Below, one piece after another: positions 29,053 through 37,503 of a DNA stretch of 64,000 nt (position 1 is its first letter; every line of letters begins with the position of its first letter). Under the pieces are notes generated by a model, which was not told the DNA's origin, searched no databases, and saw nothing but the letters and a program-made list of their open reading frames with translations. Source of the stretch: an uncultured Rikenellaceae bacterium (GTDB lineage Bacteria; Bacteroidota; Bacteroidia; Bacteroidales; VadinHA17). The stretch covers positions 3,985 through 67,984 of the forward strand of contig CAYQRF010000001.1 of the NCBI GenBank assembly GCA_964419775.1. Reading direction: 5' to 3'. The position numbers and the translations under genes are program-made.

Positions 29053-29853
29053 CTAAAAATCAGAATAATCTGTTGGATGAAGAAGGTAAGGAAGAGCTCT
29101 GATCACAGTGTTGGCATATTCCTCTTTCACTCTCATAGCCTGCCAGGCCGGATGCTTTGAAAAGGCAGCCCAATGTTCTTTCTGTGACTCCATATTCTCA
29201 TATGTCGTCATGTACATAAGCCGTGGTCTCTGGCTTCCAATAACAACCTGTCCGTAGAATGCAGCTTTTGAACCTACCTCTTCGAATACTGCCATTTCTC
29301 CTCCTTCATTGAACATATGGATCTTTTTGGTCGCTTTTTCTTCAGTCCAGCTTCCATAGCTCCTCAGCTCATAAATTCTTTCCGACTTCGGTGTTGAAAA
29401 TGAAGGCGGTCTGAATTCCGGCATAAACGCGAAAGCTTTCATTAATATACTTTCATACCTTGAGAATGGCGGGTCATTATAAGGTGCATCAAGGAACTCC
29501 TTTCCAGCTTCTTTGTAAACAGCATCGCTTTCAAGTTTGGTAAAAACCTGGTCGAACTGTTCGATGGTCTTATAAGGAACGAATACATAAACCATTTTCC
29601 CGAAAGCAGTATCCGCTTCAACCGGTTTGAAGACGCCTACCGTTGGGATACCTGCCCTGTGCATAGCAGGGATATATGCATCTTTCAGGTACCTGTCGAA
29701 CACGGCATTCTTGCCAGGATCAGTCAGACGATAGATTTTAAGTTCATAGAACATCTGCTTTTCAGGAGGGGCTGCGAATGTAGTCGCAGAAAATGAAAAG
29801 ACTAACAATACTGCTATGACCAGCCTGATAACGGATAAATTTAATTTTTTCAT
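29053..29853 (-). CDS. secreted tandem NIPSNAP-domain protein
   Basis: Signal peptide, plus FYELKIYRL... and ERIYELRSY... repeats typical of NIPSNAP dimeric alpha-beta barrels. Recall only. Confidence 0.55.
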   Translation of the reverse strand: MKKLNLSVIRLVIAVLLVFSFSATTFAAPPEKQMFYELKIYRLTDPGKNAVFDRYLKDAYIPAMHRAGIPTVGVFKPVEADTAFGKMVYVFVPYKTIEQFDQVFTKLESDAVYKEAGKEFLDAPYNDPPFSRYESILMKAFAFMPEFRPPSFSTPKSERIYELRSYGSWTEEKATKKIHMFNEGGEMAVFEEVGSKAAFYGQVVIGSQRPRLMYMTTYENMESQKEHWAAFSKHPAWQAMRVKEEYANTVIRALPYLLHPTDYSDF

Positions 29854-29865
29854 GTTTTTGGTTTT

Positions 29866-29926
29866 AGCCCCCCTTCTGCGCCTTCGAATAGCCGCTTCGG
29901 CGTAGCAAGGCAGGGGGGGTGGGGGG
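29866..29926 (-). repeat. GC-run palindromic intergenic element (copy 3, minus orientation)
   Basis: On the minus strand it reads TAA-C6-A-C7-TG...(GCCG-CTT-CGGC hairpin)...G6. The 5' end is identical to copy 2 and it abuts the stop of the 29927-31018 gene. Confidence 0.85.
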
Positions 29927-31018
29927 TTAATACAACTTTGAAAATTTCTTAAATATCTTGTTTGCTTCCCTGGCAGGAAGTTCGGTTCCCGATTTTACAT
30001 AAAACCTGTGACGGAGTGTAAGCGATTCCCCTTTAGCCAGTTTCCATTCCATCTTCTCCTGTTTGGGATCATAGGAATTCTGTCCGAGGTTGTTAACCGA
30101 AAAAAGGCCATAACCCCTTGCATGGGCGTATGCAGGGTAACCCGGATTATCGGGGTGATCGAATATTCCAAAGGTGATCAGGGTGTTGTCCTTCGTGCCT
30201 GAAAGCAGGACCCAGTTGTTCCTGGTTCCCCAGACCGCATCGCCCTTAAGCCCGAGGCTCGAGGTATACATCCCCGTAACACCGGTGTTATCGGTTGCCT
30301 TTACTGTGGTGGGATTTCCCTTATCGTCGGTGAAGATCAGCGATTCGGTGGAAGGCATTTCAAAGGCTCGGTCGACCCTAATGGCAAAAAGCCCCTCCTT
30401 GTTGTCGGCAATAGTCACCGGACCGTCAACGGCTGTAAGTGTTGAAACATGGTCCATGGTTCGTGAAGCCGCATCACCTGAAAAGATATACCGGACGTTC
30501 TCGAGCAGGATTGTGTTCCCCTTGTTATCCTTCCATTCGCAAACAACCTCAAGCACCCCTTTTTTCCCGTTGTCGGCCCTTACGAATTTCTGGACTGCAA
30601 TATGGCCATAGGAGTCCTTCCTGTCGGCCGGTATTGCTGATGAATTATTCCAGAAATCGAGTCCGTTGATGCTGCCGTGATTAAACCACAAGCCTATCTG
30701 GTGAGGATGATCTATCCTTTCTCCTTTTCTTGGCTCAATCGGGTATCCCCGGGTTATTACGGAACCGTTTGAAGCGTAAATGGGATAAAGGAACGGCTTT
30801 TCAAGGTCCGCCGGATAACGGTATGAAGTGAAAAGTGATCCGTTAATATAGATATCCACTTTATTCTGGTCGTTCACCTTTTCGAAGCGAACTCCCTTCT
30901 CTGCCGGCGACTGTGCAACTATTGCAAGGCTGGTGGCGAGGATGAGCACCTTAGCCAGGAAAAACGTTGCCACAAGGCCCGGAATTCGTGATCTGTTTAA
31001 CTTAATCTTCATGGCCAT
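29927..31018 (-). CDS. PmoA-like / DUF6807-family secreted protein
   Basis: Signal peptide plus IDHPHQIGLWFNHGSINGLDFWN. This family is commonly adjacent to Gfo/Idh/MocA genes. Recall only. Confidence 0.5.
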   Translation of the reverse strand: MAMKIKLNRSRIPGLVATFFLAKVLILATSLAIVAQSPAEKGVRFEKVNDQNKVDIYINGSLFTSYRYPADLEKPFLYPIYASNGSVITRGYPIEPRKGERIDHPHQIGLWFNHGSINGLDFWNNSSAIPADRKDSYGHIAVQKFVRADNGKKGVLEVVCEWKDNKGNTILLENVRYIFSGDAASRTMDHVSTLTAVDGPVTIADNKEGLFAIRVDRAFEMPSTESLIFTDDKGNPTTVKATDNTGVTGMYTSSLGLKGDAVWGTRNNWVLLSGTKDNTLITFGIFDHPDNPGYPAYAHARGYGLFSVNNLGQNSYDPKQEKMEWKLAKGESLTLRHRFYVKSGTELPAREANKIFKKFSKLY

Positions 31019-31022
31019 TCAA

Positions 31023-32354
31023 TTAATATTGAAATACTTTACCTCCGGCCATAACTTCCTGGGTTGCCTCGTCGAACGTAGCTTTCTCCCCTGTTCTCAG
31101 ACCTGCCGTACACATTATATTTGCTATGGAATGATTATATCCTGCAACAACGTCGGCATTCGGTTTCTTACGGCTGCGCACACATTCCATCCAGTTTCTC
31201 ACATGAGCGGTTGTCATGGGATCGCCGCCTGTATTGGCTGCCGTCTCTACTCTGATTGAAGGAAGCTCGAAGGGTTCAAGAAGGTTTTCGCTCATGTTCA
31301 TGGCTTTTGCGTCTCTTGCGGCAAGTCCTCCCTCGGATGTTATCTTGTTTGTATCGAGGTTCATCATACCTCCGTTTGAGTAGTACAATTCCTTGGTTCC
31401 GCCGGCGCCGTTTGTGAATCTCGATGAATAAACAACCTGGAATCCTGAATTCGGATCAGCCGGATCGCCATAGTCAAAGACAGCAGTCATCGTATCGAAG
31501 TTGGTACGGCCGTCCTTCCAGAGGTAAATTCCTCCGTTGGCTGCCACGCTTCTCGGGTGGGCAAGTTTGGTGAACCAGTGCACAGTATCGATCTGGTGAG
31601 CCATCCACTGGCCGGGAATTCCTGATGAATATGGCCAGAAGAGTCTGAATTCAAGATATTTCCTTGGATCAAACTCAGCCTGCGGGCGATTCATCTGGTA
31701 TCTCTTCCAGTCAGTATCAGCTTCTTTCAGAATCGGCACCACTCCGGGCCTCCTCCACCTTCCCGGCTGATTGACGTTCCATGTCATTTCCACCATCACA
31801 ATCTTGCCGAATTTCCCCGAATTAATATACTCGTTTGCAGCAATATAGTTGCCTGCGCTTCTTCTCTGCGAACCAATCTGGACGATTTTTCCTGTTTTCT
31901 GCACTGCTTTGAGTGCCACCCTTGCGTCGGCCATGGTTTCGGCAAATGGCTTTTCTACGTAAGCATCTCTACCGGCTTCAACGGCTTCGGCACAATGAAG
32001 AGCATGCTGGAAATCGGCCGTGCTTATAAACACTGCGTCCGTATCATCCCTGCCGTAAAGCTCTTCGTTGTTCCTGGCAAGCCGGAGTGTAATCCCCTGA
32101 GCTTTATAGAAGGCATCAGCTTCTTCCCTGCGTTTGCTCCAGAGATCGGAGACTGCTGTAAACTCAAAATTCAGTTCTTTTGCCAGTGACAGAAATGCGG
32201 GGGAAAGTGCACCCCTGAACCTGTCGGAATAGCCTACTATGCCTACCCGGATCCTGTCGTTTGCTCCCAGCACACGGGAATAGCTCCTGGCGCCCAGCGT
32301 CAGTCCGGCTGCCCCAAGCGCTGTTTTCTGAATAAATTCTCTGCGTGTTGTCAT
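31023..32354 (-). CDS. Gfo/Idh/MocA-family oxidoreductase with twin-arginine signal
   Basis: MTTRREFIQKTALGAAGLTLGA TAT motif and Rossmann motif RVGIVGYSDRF. Confidence 0.8.
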   Translation of the reverse strand: MTTRREFIQKTALGAAGLTLGARSYSRVLGANDRIRVGIVGYSDRFRGALSPAFLSLAKELNFEFTAVSDLWSKRREEADAFYKAQGITLRLARNNEELYGRDDTDAVFISTADFQHALHCAEAVEAGRDAYVEKPFAETMADARVALKAVQKTGKIVQIGSQRRSAGNYIAANEYINSGKFGKIVMVEMTWNVNQPGRWRRPGVVPILKEADTDWKRYQMNRPQAEFDPRKYLEFRLFWPYSSGIPGQWMAHQIDTVHWFTKLAHPRSVAANGGIYLWKDGRTNFDTMTAVFDYGDPADPNSGFQVVYSSRFTNGAGGTKELYYSNGGMMNLDTNKITSEGGLAARDAKAMNMSENLLEPFELPSIRVETAANTGGDPMTTAHVRNWMECVRSRKKPNADVVAGYNHSIANIMCTAGLRTGEKATFDEATQEVMAGGKVFQY

Positions 32355-32462
32355 AGTATCAGAAATTGTTTATTTATGATCTGAAGTTAATATCAGGTAA
32401 ATGTAAAATAAATAGAACTTAGTTTGGCTAATATAAACTGAATTATTCATAAAAAGGATTTT

Positions 32463-32498
32463 TTTGTTCTTAATCTACAACTTAATCAGGTATATTTG
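32463..32498 (+). promoter_or_regulatory. candidate promoter (-33 TTTG 32463-32466; -7 TATATTTG 32491-32498)
   Basis: Perfect -7 box 31 nt upstream of ATG 32529. The 24-nt spacing is longer than typical. Confidence 0.4.
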
Positions 32499-32528
32499 AA
32501 GTGCTTACAAAAAAATGCCGCCTCTATT

Positions 32529-34685
32529 ATGAAAAACATAAATACTCTGAACACTAAGTTACTCATAGGTCTGTGTTTTCTGACATTATCAGTTTCCGGA
32601 CAAACATCAGGATGGAACGAAGTTGCACCCGGGGTATGGAAAATTACAGCAGGAACCCCTGAAAAGCTGGATCTCTTCAGTGCAGCAGGGATCAAACCGT
32701 CAATGGATGCATTGTCGAAGCTGGGACCTGCACCCTTTCCACTATCTCCTGATAAAATATTGGTGCAAACCGGTAATGAATCCACCTTCCTCAGGTTTCC
32801 CCTTGAAAAAGAAGAGAGAATTTTTGGCTTCGGGCTGAACTTCAAGACCGTCTATCAGAGAGGAAGGATCCTTCAGCTGCATGTTGACCATTATGGCGGG
32901 GCTGATAATGGAAGAACCCATGCTCCGGTGCCGTTTTATGTTTCGGACAAGGGCTACGGGGTTTTTATAAACAGTTCAAGGTATCTTACAATATATGCAG
33001 GAACCGGAGTAAGGAAAAATAGTCCGGATGCACCGGAGGAACGCGACAGGAACACTGACAGGAATTGGACCTCCCAGCCCTATTCTGATGCCGTGGAGAT
33101 ACTCGTGCCGGCCCAGGGGGTTGATATCTATTTATTTGCAGGTCCCACAATGCTCGATGCTGTAAAGAGGTTCAACCTTTATTCCGGTGGAGGGTGCCTG
33201 CCTCCCCGCTGGGGACTTGGATTCACCCAACGCGTTCCCACTCTTTATACCTCGGATCAGGTAATAAACGAAGCCAGGCTGTTTGAGGAACGTGGGTTCC
33301 CTCTAGACTTTATTGGTCTTGAGCCGGGCTGGCAAAGCAGGTCTTATCCCTGTACTCTTGAATGGGACAGCTCAAGATATCCCAATCCTCCGGCATTTGT
33401 AAAAACCATGAAAGCTTTGGGTATCAGGCTGAATTTATGGACAAATCCATATATTTCATCGAAAGCGTCTTTTTACAAGGAAATTCTTCCCTACACAGGA
33501 TCACATACCGTCTGGGGAGGTGTCGTTCCGGACCTCTCGGTTCCCGGGTCTGCAGAAATACTTATGAAACAGATTGACAAAAGCCAGGTCGGCATTGGAA
33601 TCAGCGGCTATAAAATTGATGAGTCCGACGGGTACGACAGGTGGCTGTGGCCCGATGTTGCAATGTTTCCATCAGGTAACAGCGCCGAACAGATCCGGCA
33701 GACCTACGGACTCTTTCTTCAGAAAATTACCACCGAACTGTTCCGCCAGAAAAATCAACGAACATATGGTTTAACCCGATCGTCAAATGGTGGAGGTTCC
33801 TCCTTCCCATATGTAATTTACAACGATTATTACAGTCATGAGGATTTTATTACAGCACTGATAAACAGCGGATACAGCGGTGTACTTTGGACCCCCGAAG
33901 TAAGAAGCTCAAAAACCGGGGAAGAATGGTTAAGGAGGTTCCAGACAGTATGTTTTTCCCCGATGGCCATGATAAATGCCTGGTCAAGCGGTACAAAACC
34001 ATGGTCTTTCCCGGAAGTGGAAAATGAAGTAAAAGAGTACGCCCTTCTCAGGATGCAGCTGATCCCCTACCTCTACTCCGAGTTCGCAAAATACCACTTT
34101 GAGGGAATACCACCGTTTCGGGGAATGAACCTGGAGCCAGGATTTGAAATTATATCAACCGAGGAATCCAGAAACACCAACCTTGATGAAAATCCTTATG
34201 GGGAGGCAGTCATGAAAGAGATAAAAGACCAGTATATGACCGGTGAATACCTGCTTGTGGCACCTTTGTTCACGGGTCAGAAAACCCGTGAGGTTGTGTT
34301 GCCCAAAGGTAAGTGGTACGACTTTTACTCAGGCAGATACGCGGGCGAGCAGGAGATAATAAAGGTAACCCCCGGGTTGGGGAAAATTCCTGTATTCGCA
34401 AAAGACGGGGCAATTATTCCCATGATGAGGCCGACATTGCATGCCCCTTCAGCCGGACAAAAGTATGACCTTGAAATAAGATATTATGGTTCCGCTCCGG
34501 GTTTTTACAGGTTATATGATGACGATGGTGAAACATTCGATTATGAAAAAGGAACATACTCCTGGCGTGAATTAAGGGTTGCAGCTGACAAAAAGGGAAA
34601 GCTTACCGGAACCGTTTCAAAAGCTGAAAAAGGGAAACCGGATAATATCGGTAAGGTTACCTGGAAATTTATGACACTTGAGTAA
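32529..34685 (+). CDS. glycoside hydrolase family 31-like
   Basis: Signal peptide MKNINTLNTKLLIGLCFLTLSVSGQ, a catalytic-region-like GYKIDESDG, and a C-terminal YRLYDDDGETFDYEKG (DUF5110-like). The ORF-track start 32496 is TTG. Confidence 0.6.
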   Translation: MKNINTLNTKLLIGLCFLTLSVSGQTSGWNEVAPGVWKITAGTPEKLDLFSAAGIKPSMDALSKLGPAPFPLSPDKILVQTGNESTFLRFPLEKEERIFGFGLNFKTVYQRGRILQLHVDHYGGADNGRTHAPVPFYVSDKGYGVFINSSRYLTIYAGTGVRKNSPDAPEERDRNTDRNWTSQPYSDAVEILVPAQGVDIYLFAGPTMLDAVKRFNLYSGGGCLPPRWGLGFTQRVPTLYTSDQVINEARLFEERGFPLDFIGLEPGWQSRSYPCTLEWDSSRYPNPPAFVKTMKALGIRLNLWTNPYISSKASFYKEILPYTGSHTVWGGVVPDLSVPGSAEILMKQIDKSQVGIGISGYKIDESDGYDRWLWPDVAMFPSGNSAEQIRQTYGLFLQKITTELFRQKNQRTYGLTRSSNGGGSSFPYVIYNDYYSHEDFITALINSGYSGVLWTPEVRSSKTGEEWLRRFQTVCFSPMAMINAWSSGTKPWSFPEVENEVKEYALLRMQLIPYLYSEFAKYHFEGIPPFRGMNLEPGFEIISTEESRNTNLDENPYGEAVMKEIKDQYMTGEYLLVAPLFTGQKTREVVLPKGKWYDFYSGRYAGEQEIIKVTPGLGKIPVFAKDGAIIPMMRPTLHAPSAGQKYDLEIRYYGSAPGFYRLYDDDGETFDYEKGTYSWRELRVAADKKGKLTGTVSKAEKGKPDNIGKVTWKFMTLE

Positions 34686-34765
34686 GATCTTGCAAATCAC
34701 CTTCCAGCATGATCCCTGATAGGTTAAAGCCGCGACATTCTGCCTATCGCCCATTACCGATAATA

Positions 34766-34835
34766 CATAGTACACTTTCTACTACCTACTGCATACTACC
34801 AGCTACACTGGTTATTGGTTGCTGGTTGCCTGTTG
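34766..34835 (+). repeat. 7-bp periodic tract (TACTNCN-type units then YTGGTTG-type units)
   Basis: catagta cactttc tactacc tactgca tactacc agctaca ctggtta ttggttg ctggttg cctgttg. Confidence 0.75.
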
Positions 34836-34920
34836 GCAAATCCAAATGAATTAAAAGGTTATTAACAGCGATCTTCTATTTTTATATCTTTGGTTGCATT
34901 AACATATTTAAATCTTGAAA

Positions 34921-36036
34921 ATGGATACTAAAATTAAACCAAACCGCCTTTATTCCCTCGATGCCCTCCGCGGGTTTGACATGTTCTGGATCATGGGCGG
35001 TGAAGCAATTTTCGCCGGACTGGCAAGTCTGACCGGCTGGCCCGTGTTTAAATGGTGGGCAACCCAGCTTGAACATGTGGAGTGGCACGGATTCCAGTTC
35101 TATGACATGATATTTCCCCTGTTCCTTTTTATTGCAGGGATATCCTTCCCCTTCTCAATGGCAAAACGTAATGCAAACAACGAGCCGAGGAGTGCAATTT
35201 ACAGGCACGTTATATTTCGCGGACTAATACTGGTTCTGCTGGGAATCCTCTATAACAACGGATTAAGGTTTAATTTCGGTGAGCTTCGCTACGGCAGCGT
35301 TCTTGGCCGTATTGGTCTTGCATGGATGTTTGCTGCACTCATCTTTATGAACACTAAACTGACATGGAGGATTGTCTGGTTCTGGACAATACTGATCGGT
35401 TACTGGCTCCTGCTCCTCCTGTTTCCGGCTCACGACCTGGGATCATCCGATCCGTTCTCCCGGACGGGCAATCTGGCAAGCTATATTGACAGGATGCTTA
35501 TGCCAGGCAAACTCTATCTGGGCAATCATGATCCCGAAGGACTCTTCAGCACAATACCTGCAATAGGGACTGCACTTCTTGGGATGTTCACCGGGGAATT
35601 CATGAAGTCAGATTTCCTGAATGACAAAAAAATTAAAAAGGTACTGTACCTCCTGGGAGCAGCCATAGGACTTATGATCCTGGGAAGGATCTGGCACCAG
35701 TTCTTCCCGATAAACAAAAACATCTGGAGCAGTTCATTCGTAATTTACGTAGGAGGTCTGAGCATGCTTCTCTTTGCCGTCTTTTACCTTATAATCGACG
35801 TCTGGAATTTCAGGAAATGGGCCTTCTTTTTCGTGGTAATCGGCATGAATCCAATTACGATTTACCTCGCAAGAAGAATAATCAACTTCAACCGGGCATC
35901 AGATTTCTTCTTCGGAGGTTTTATTAAGATTCTTCCGGAAGCCTGGGCTCCGGTGATAAACGGAATAGGAATAACTGCAGTAGGTTGGGTCTTCCTGTAC
36001 ATACTCTATAAAAAGAAGATCTTCCTTAAGGTATGA
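34921..36036 (+). CDS. HGSNAT-like membrane acyltransferase (DUF5009/DUF1624 family)
   Basis: Polytopic membrane protein. N-terminal LDALRGFDMFWIMGGE is typical of the family. ATG 34921 is preferred over TTG 34915. Confidence 0.6.
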   Translation: MDTKIKPNRLYSLDALRGFDMFWIMGGEAIFAGLASLTGWPVFKWWATQLEHVEWHGFQFYDMIFPLFLFIAGISFPFSMAKRNANNEPRSAIYRHVIFRGLILVLLGILYNNGLRFNFGELRYGSVLGRIGLAWMFAALIFMNTKLTWRIVWFWTILIGYWLLLLLFPAHDLGSSDPFSRTGNLASYIDRMLMPGKLYLGNHDPEGLFSTIPAIGTALLGMFTGEFMKSDFLNDKKIKKVLYLLGAAIGLMILGRIWHQFFPINKNIWSSSFVIYVGGLSMLLFAVFYLIIDVWNFRKWAFFFVVIGMNPITIYLARRIINFNRASDFFFGGFIKILPEAWAPVINGIGITAVGWVFLYILYKKKIFLKV

Positions 36037-36040
36037 TCTC

Positions 36041-36089
36041 TTCACAAATCACAAATCACGAGTCACGAATCACGAATCTAAAATCACAA
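36041..36089 (+). repeat. 7 tandem heptamers of ATCAC(A/G)A type ending 2 nt before the ATG of the next gene
   Basis: ttcacaa atcacaa atcacga gtcacga atcacga atctaaa atcacaa + at + ATG(36092). Confidence 0.9.
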
Positions 36090-36091
36090 AT

Positions 36092-37474
36092 ATGAACAAG
36101 AAGCTGGTCCTACTGATGGCTCTGCTGACAGCATCCGGCATCTATGGAGCCGCGCAGGAAACTGGAGTGAAAATAACCGACACCAACACCCCGCTACATG
36201 CCATGCGGCCCGATTATCCTGTCCCGTATGGCCCTGCTGCAGCCGAAGAGATAAAGGCTGTGCTGAATCGTCTTTACAACTACCTTGATGCCTCTACGCC
36301 GGCACAGATGATCGACAGGGACACAAAGGCTGAACTGAACAGCAGGGACGGCCTCACGCGCAATGCCATTTTTGAACCGGGGGTATTCAGGCTTATCAGC
36401 TATGAATGGGGAGTAACCTATGGTGCAATGCTGCTTGCAGGCGAAGCCGCGGGCGACGACCGGTTCACCTCCTATACCATTAAAAGGATGGCCTTAATAG
36501 CAGATGCTGCAAAGTACTTCGTCTCAGCCAGTCCTGCCGCCGATCGAAGGGACAATCCGGTCGGATCGGTTCTCGAGCCACGTGCGCTGGATGATGCCGG
36601 ATCGATGTGCTCCGCCATGATAAAGGCACTAAATGCAGGCGGAGATAAGTCCCTGAGACCATTGATTGACAATTACATCAAATATATCTCTACAGGGCAG
36701 CAAAGGCTTAAGGACGGGACTCTTGCCCGCAACAGGCCCCAACCCAACACCCTCTGGCTCGATGATCTTTACATGAGTGTTCCGGCCCTTGCACGTATGG
36801 GTTCACTTACAGGCAACAACGACTATTATGAAGATGCCTGCAAGCAGATCATCCAGTTCTCGCAGCGTATGTTCAATCCCGGTAAGGGACTCTATATGCA
36901 TGGATGGGTGGAAGACATGGATCCCCACCCTGAATATTACTGGGGCCGTTGCAACGGCTGGGCGATGCTGGCAATGACAGAACTCCTTGATGCTCTTCCC
37001 GAAGGCTATCCCCTTCGAAAGGACATTCTGAAACAGTATCGCGAACATGTGGCAGGTGTTGCCTCCTTGCAGTCGGGATCAGGTTTCTGGCATCAGCTGC
37101 TCGACAAAACCGATTCCTACCCCGAAACATCGGCGACAGCCATCTTCTCTTATTGCATCGCCCACGGGGTAAATATGGGCTGGCTCGATTCAAAGGCTTA
37201 TGGTCCGGTTTCGGTACTCGGATGGAATGCAGTTCAGACCAAGGTCAATGCACAGGGACAGGTTGAAGGAACATGTGTCGGAACCGGGATGGCATTTGAT
37301 CCGGCATTCTATTACCACCGTCCGATCCACCCTGCGGCAGCTCACGGTTACGGGCCGGTTATCATGGCCGGAGCCGAGATGCTTAAGCTGACAAGGACTT
37401 TTGAGATAGAGATCAACGACTCGGCAGTTATGTTCTACAAACTCGGGACCGACTGGAGAAATTACAGATACTGA
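36092..37474 (+). CDS. GH105/GH88-family unsaturated uronyl hydrolase
   Basis: WLDDLYMSVPALARMG and GRCNGWAMLAMTELL motifs, plus a signal peptide. Confidence 0.65.
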   Translation: MNKKLVLLMALLTASGIYGAAQETGVKITDTNTPLHAMRPDYPVPYGPAAAEEIKAVLNRLYNYLDASTPAQMIDRDTKAELNSRDGLTRNAIFEPGVFRLISYEWGVTYGAMLLAGEAAGDDRFTSYTIKRMALIADAAKYFVSASPAADRRDNPVGSVLEPRALDDAGSMCSAMIKALNAGGDKSLRPLIDNYIKYISTGQQRLKDGTLARNRPQPNTLWLDDLYMSVPALARMGSLTGNNDYYEDACKQIIQFSQRMFNPGKGLYMHGWVEDMDPHPEYYWGRCNGWAMLAMTELLDALPEGYPLRKDILKQYREHVAGVASLQSGSGFWHQLLDKTDSYPETSATAIFSYCIAHGVNMGWLDSKAYGPVSVLGWNAVQTKVNAQGQVEGTCVGTGMAFDPAFYYHRPIHPAAAHGYGPVIMAGAEMLKLTRTFEIEINDSAVMFYKLGTDWRNYRY

Positions 37475-37503
37475 TTCAAAGCCCTGACCAACCAATTATC
37501 ACC

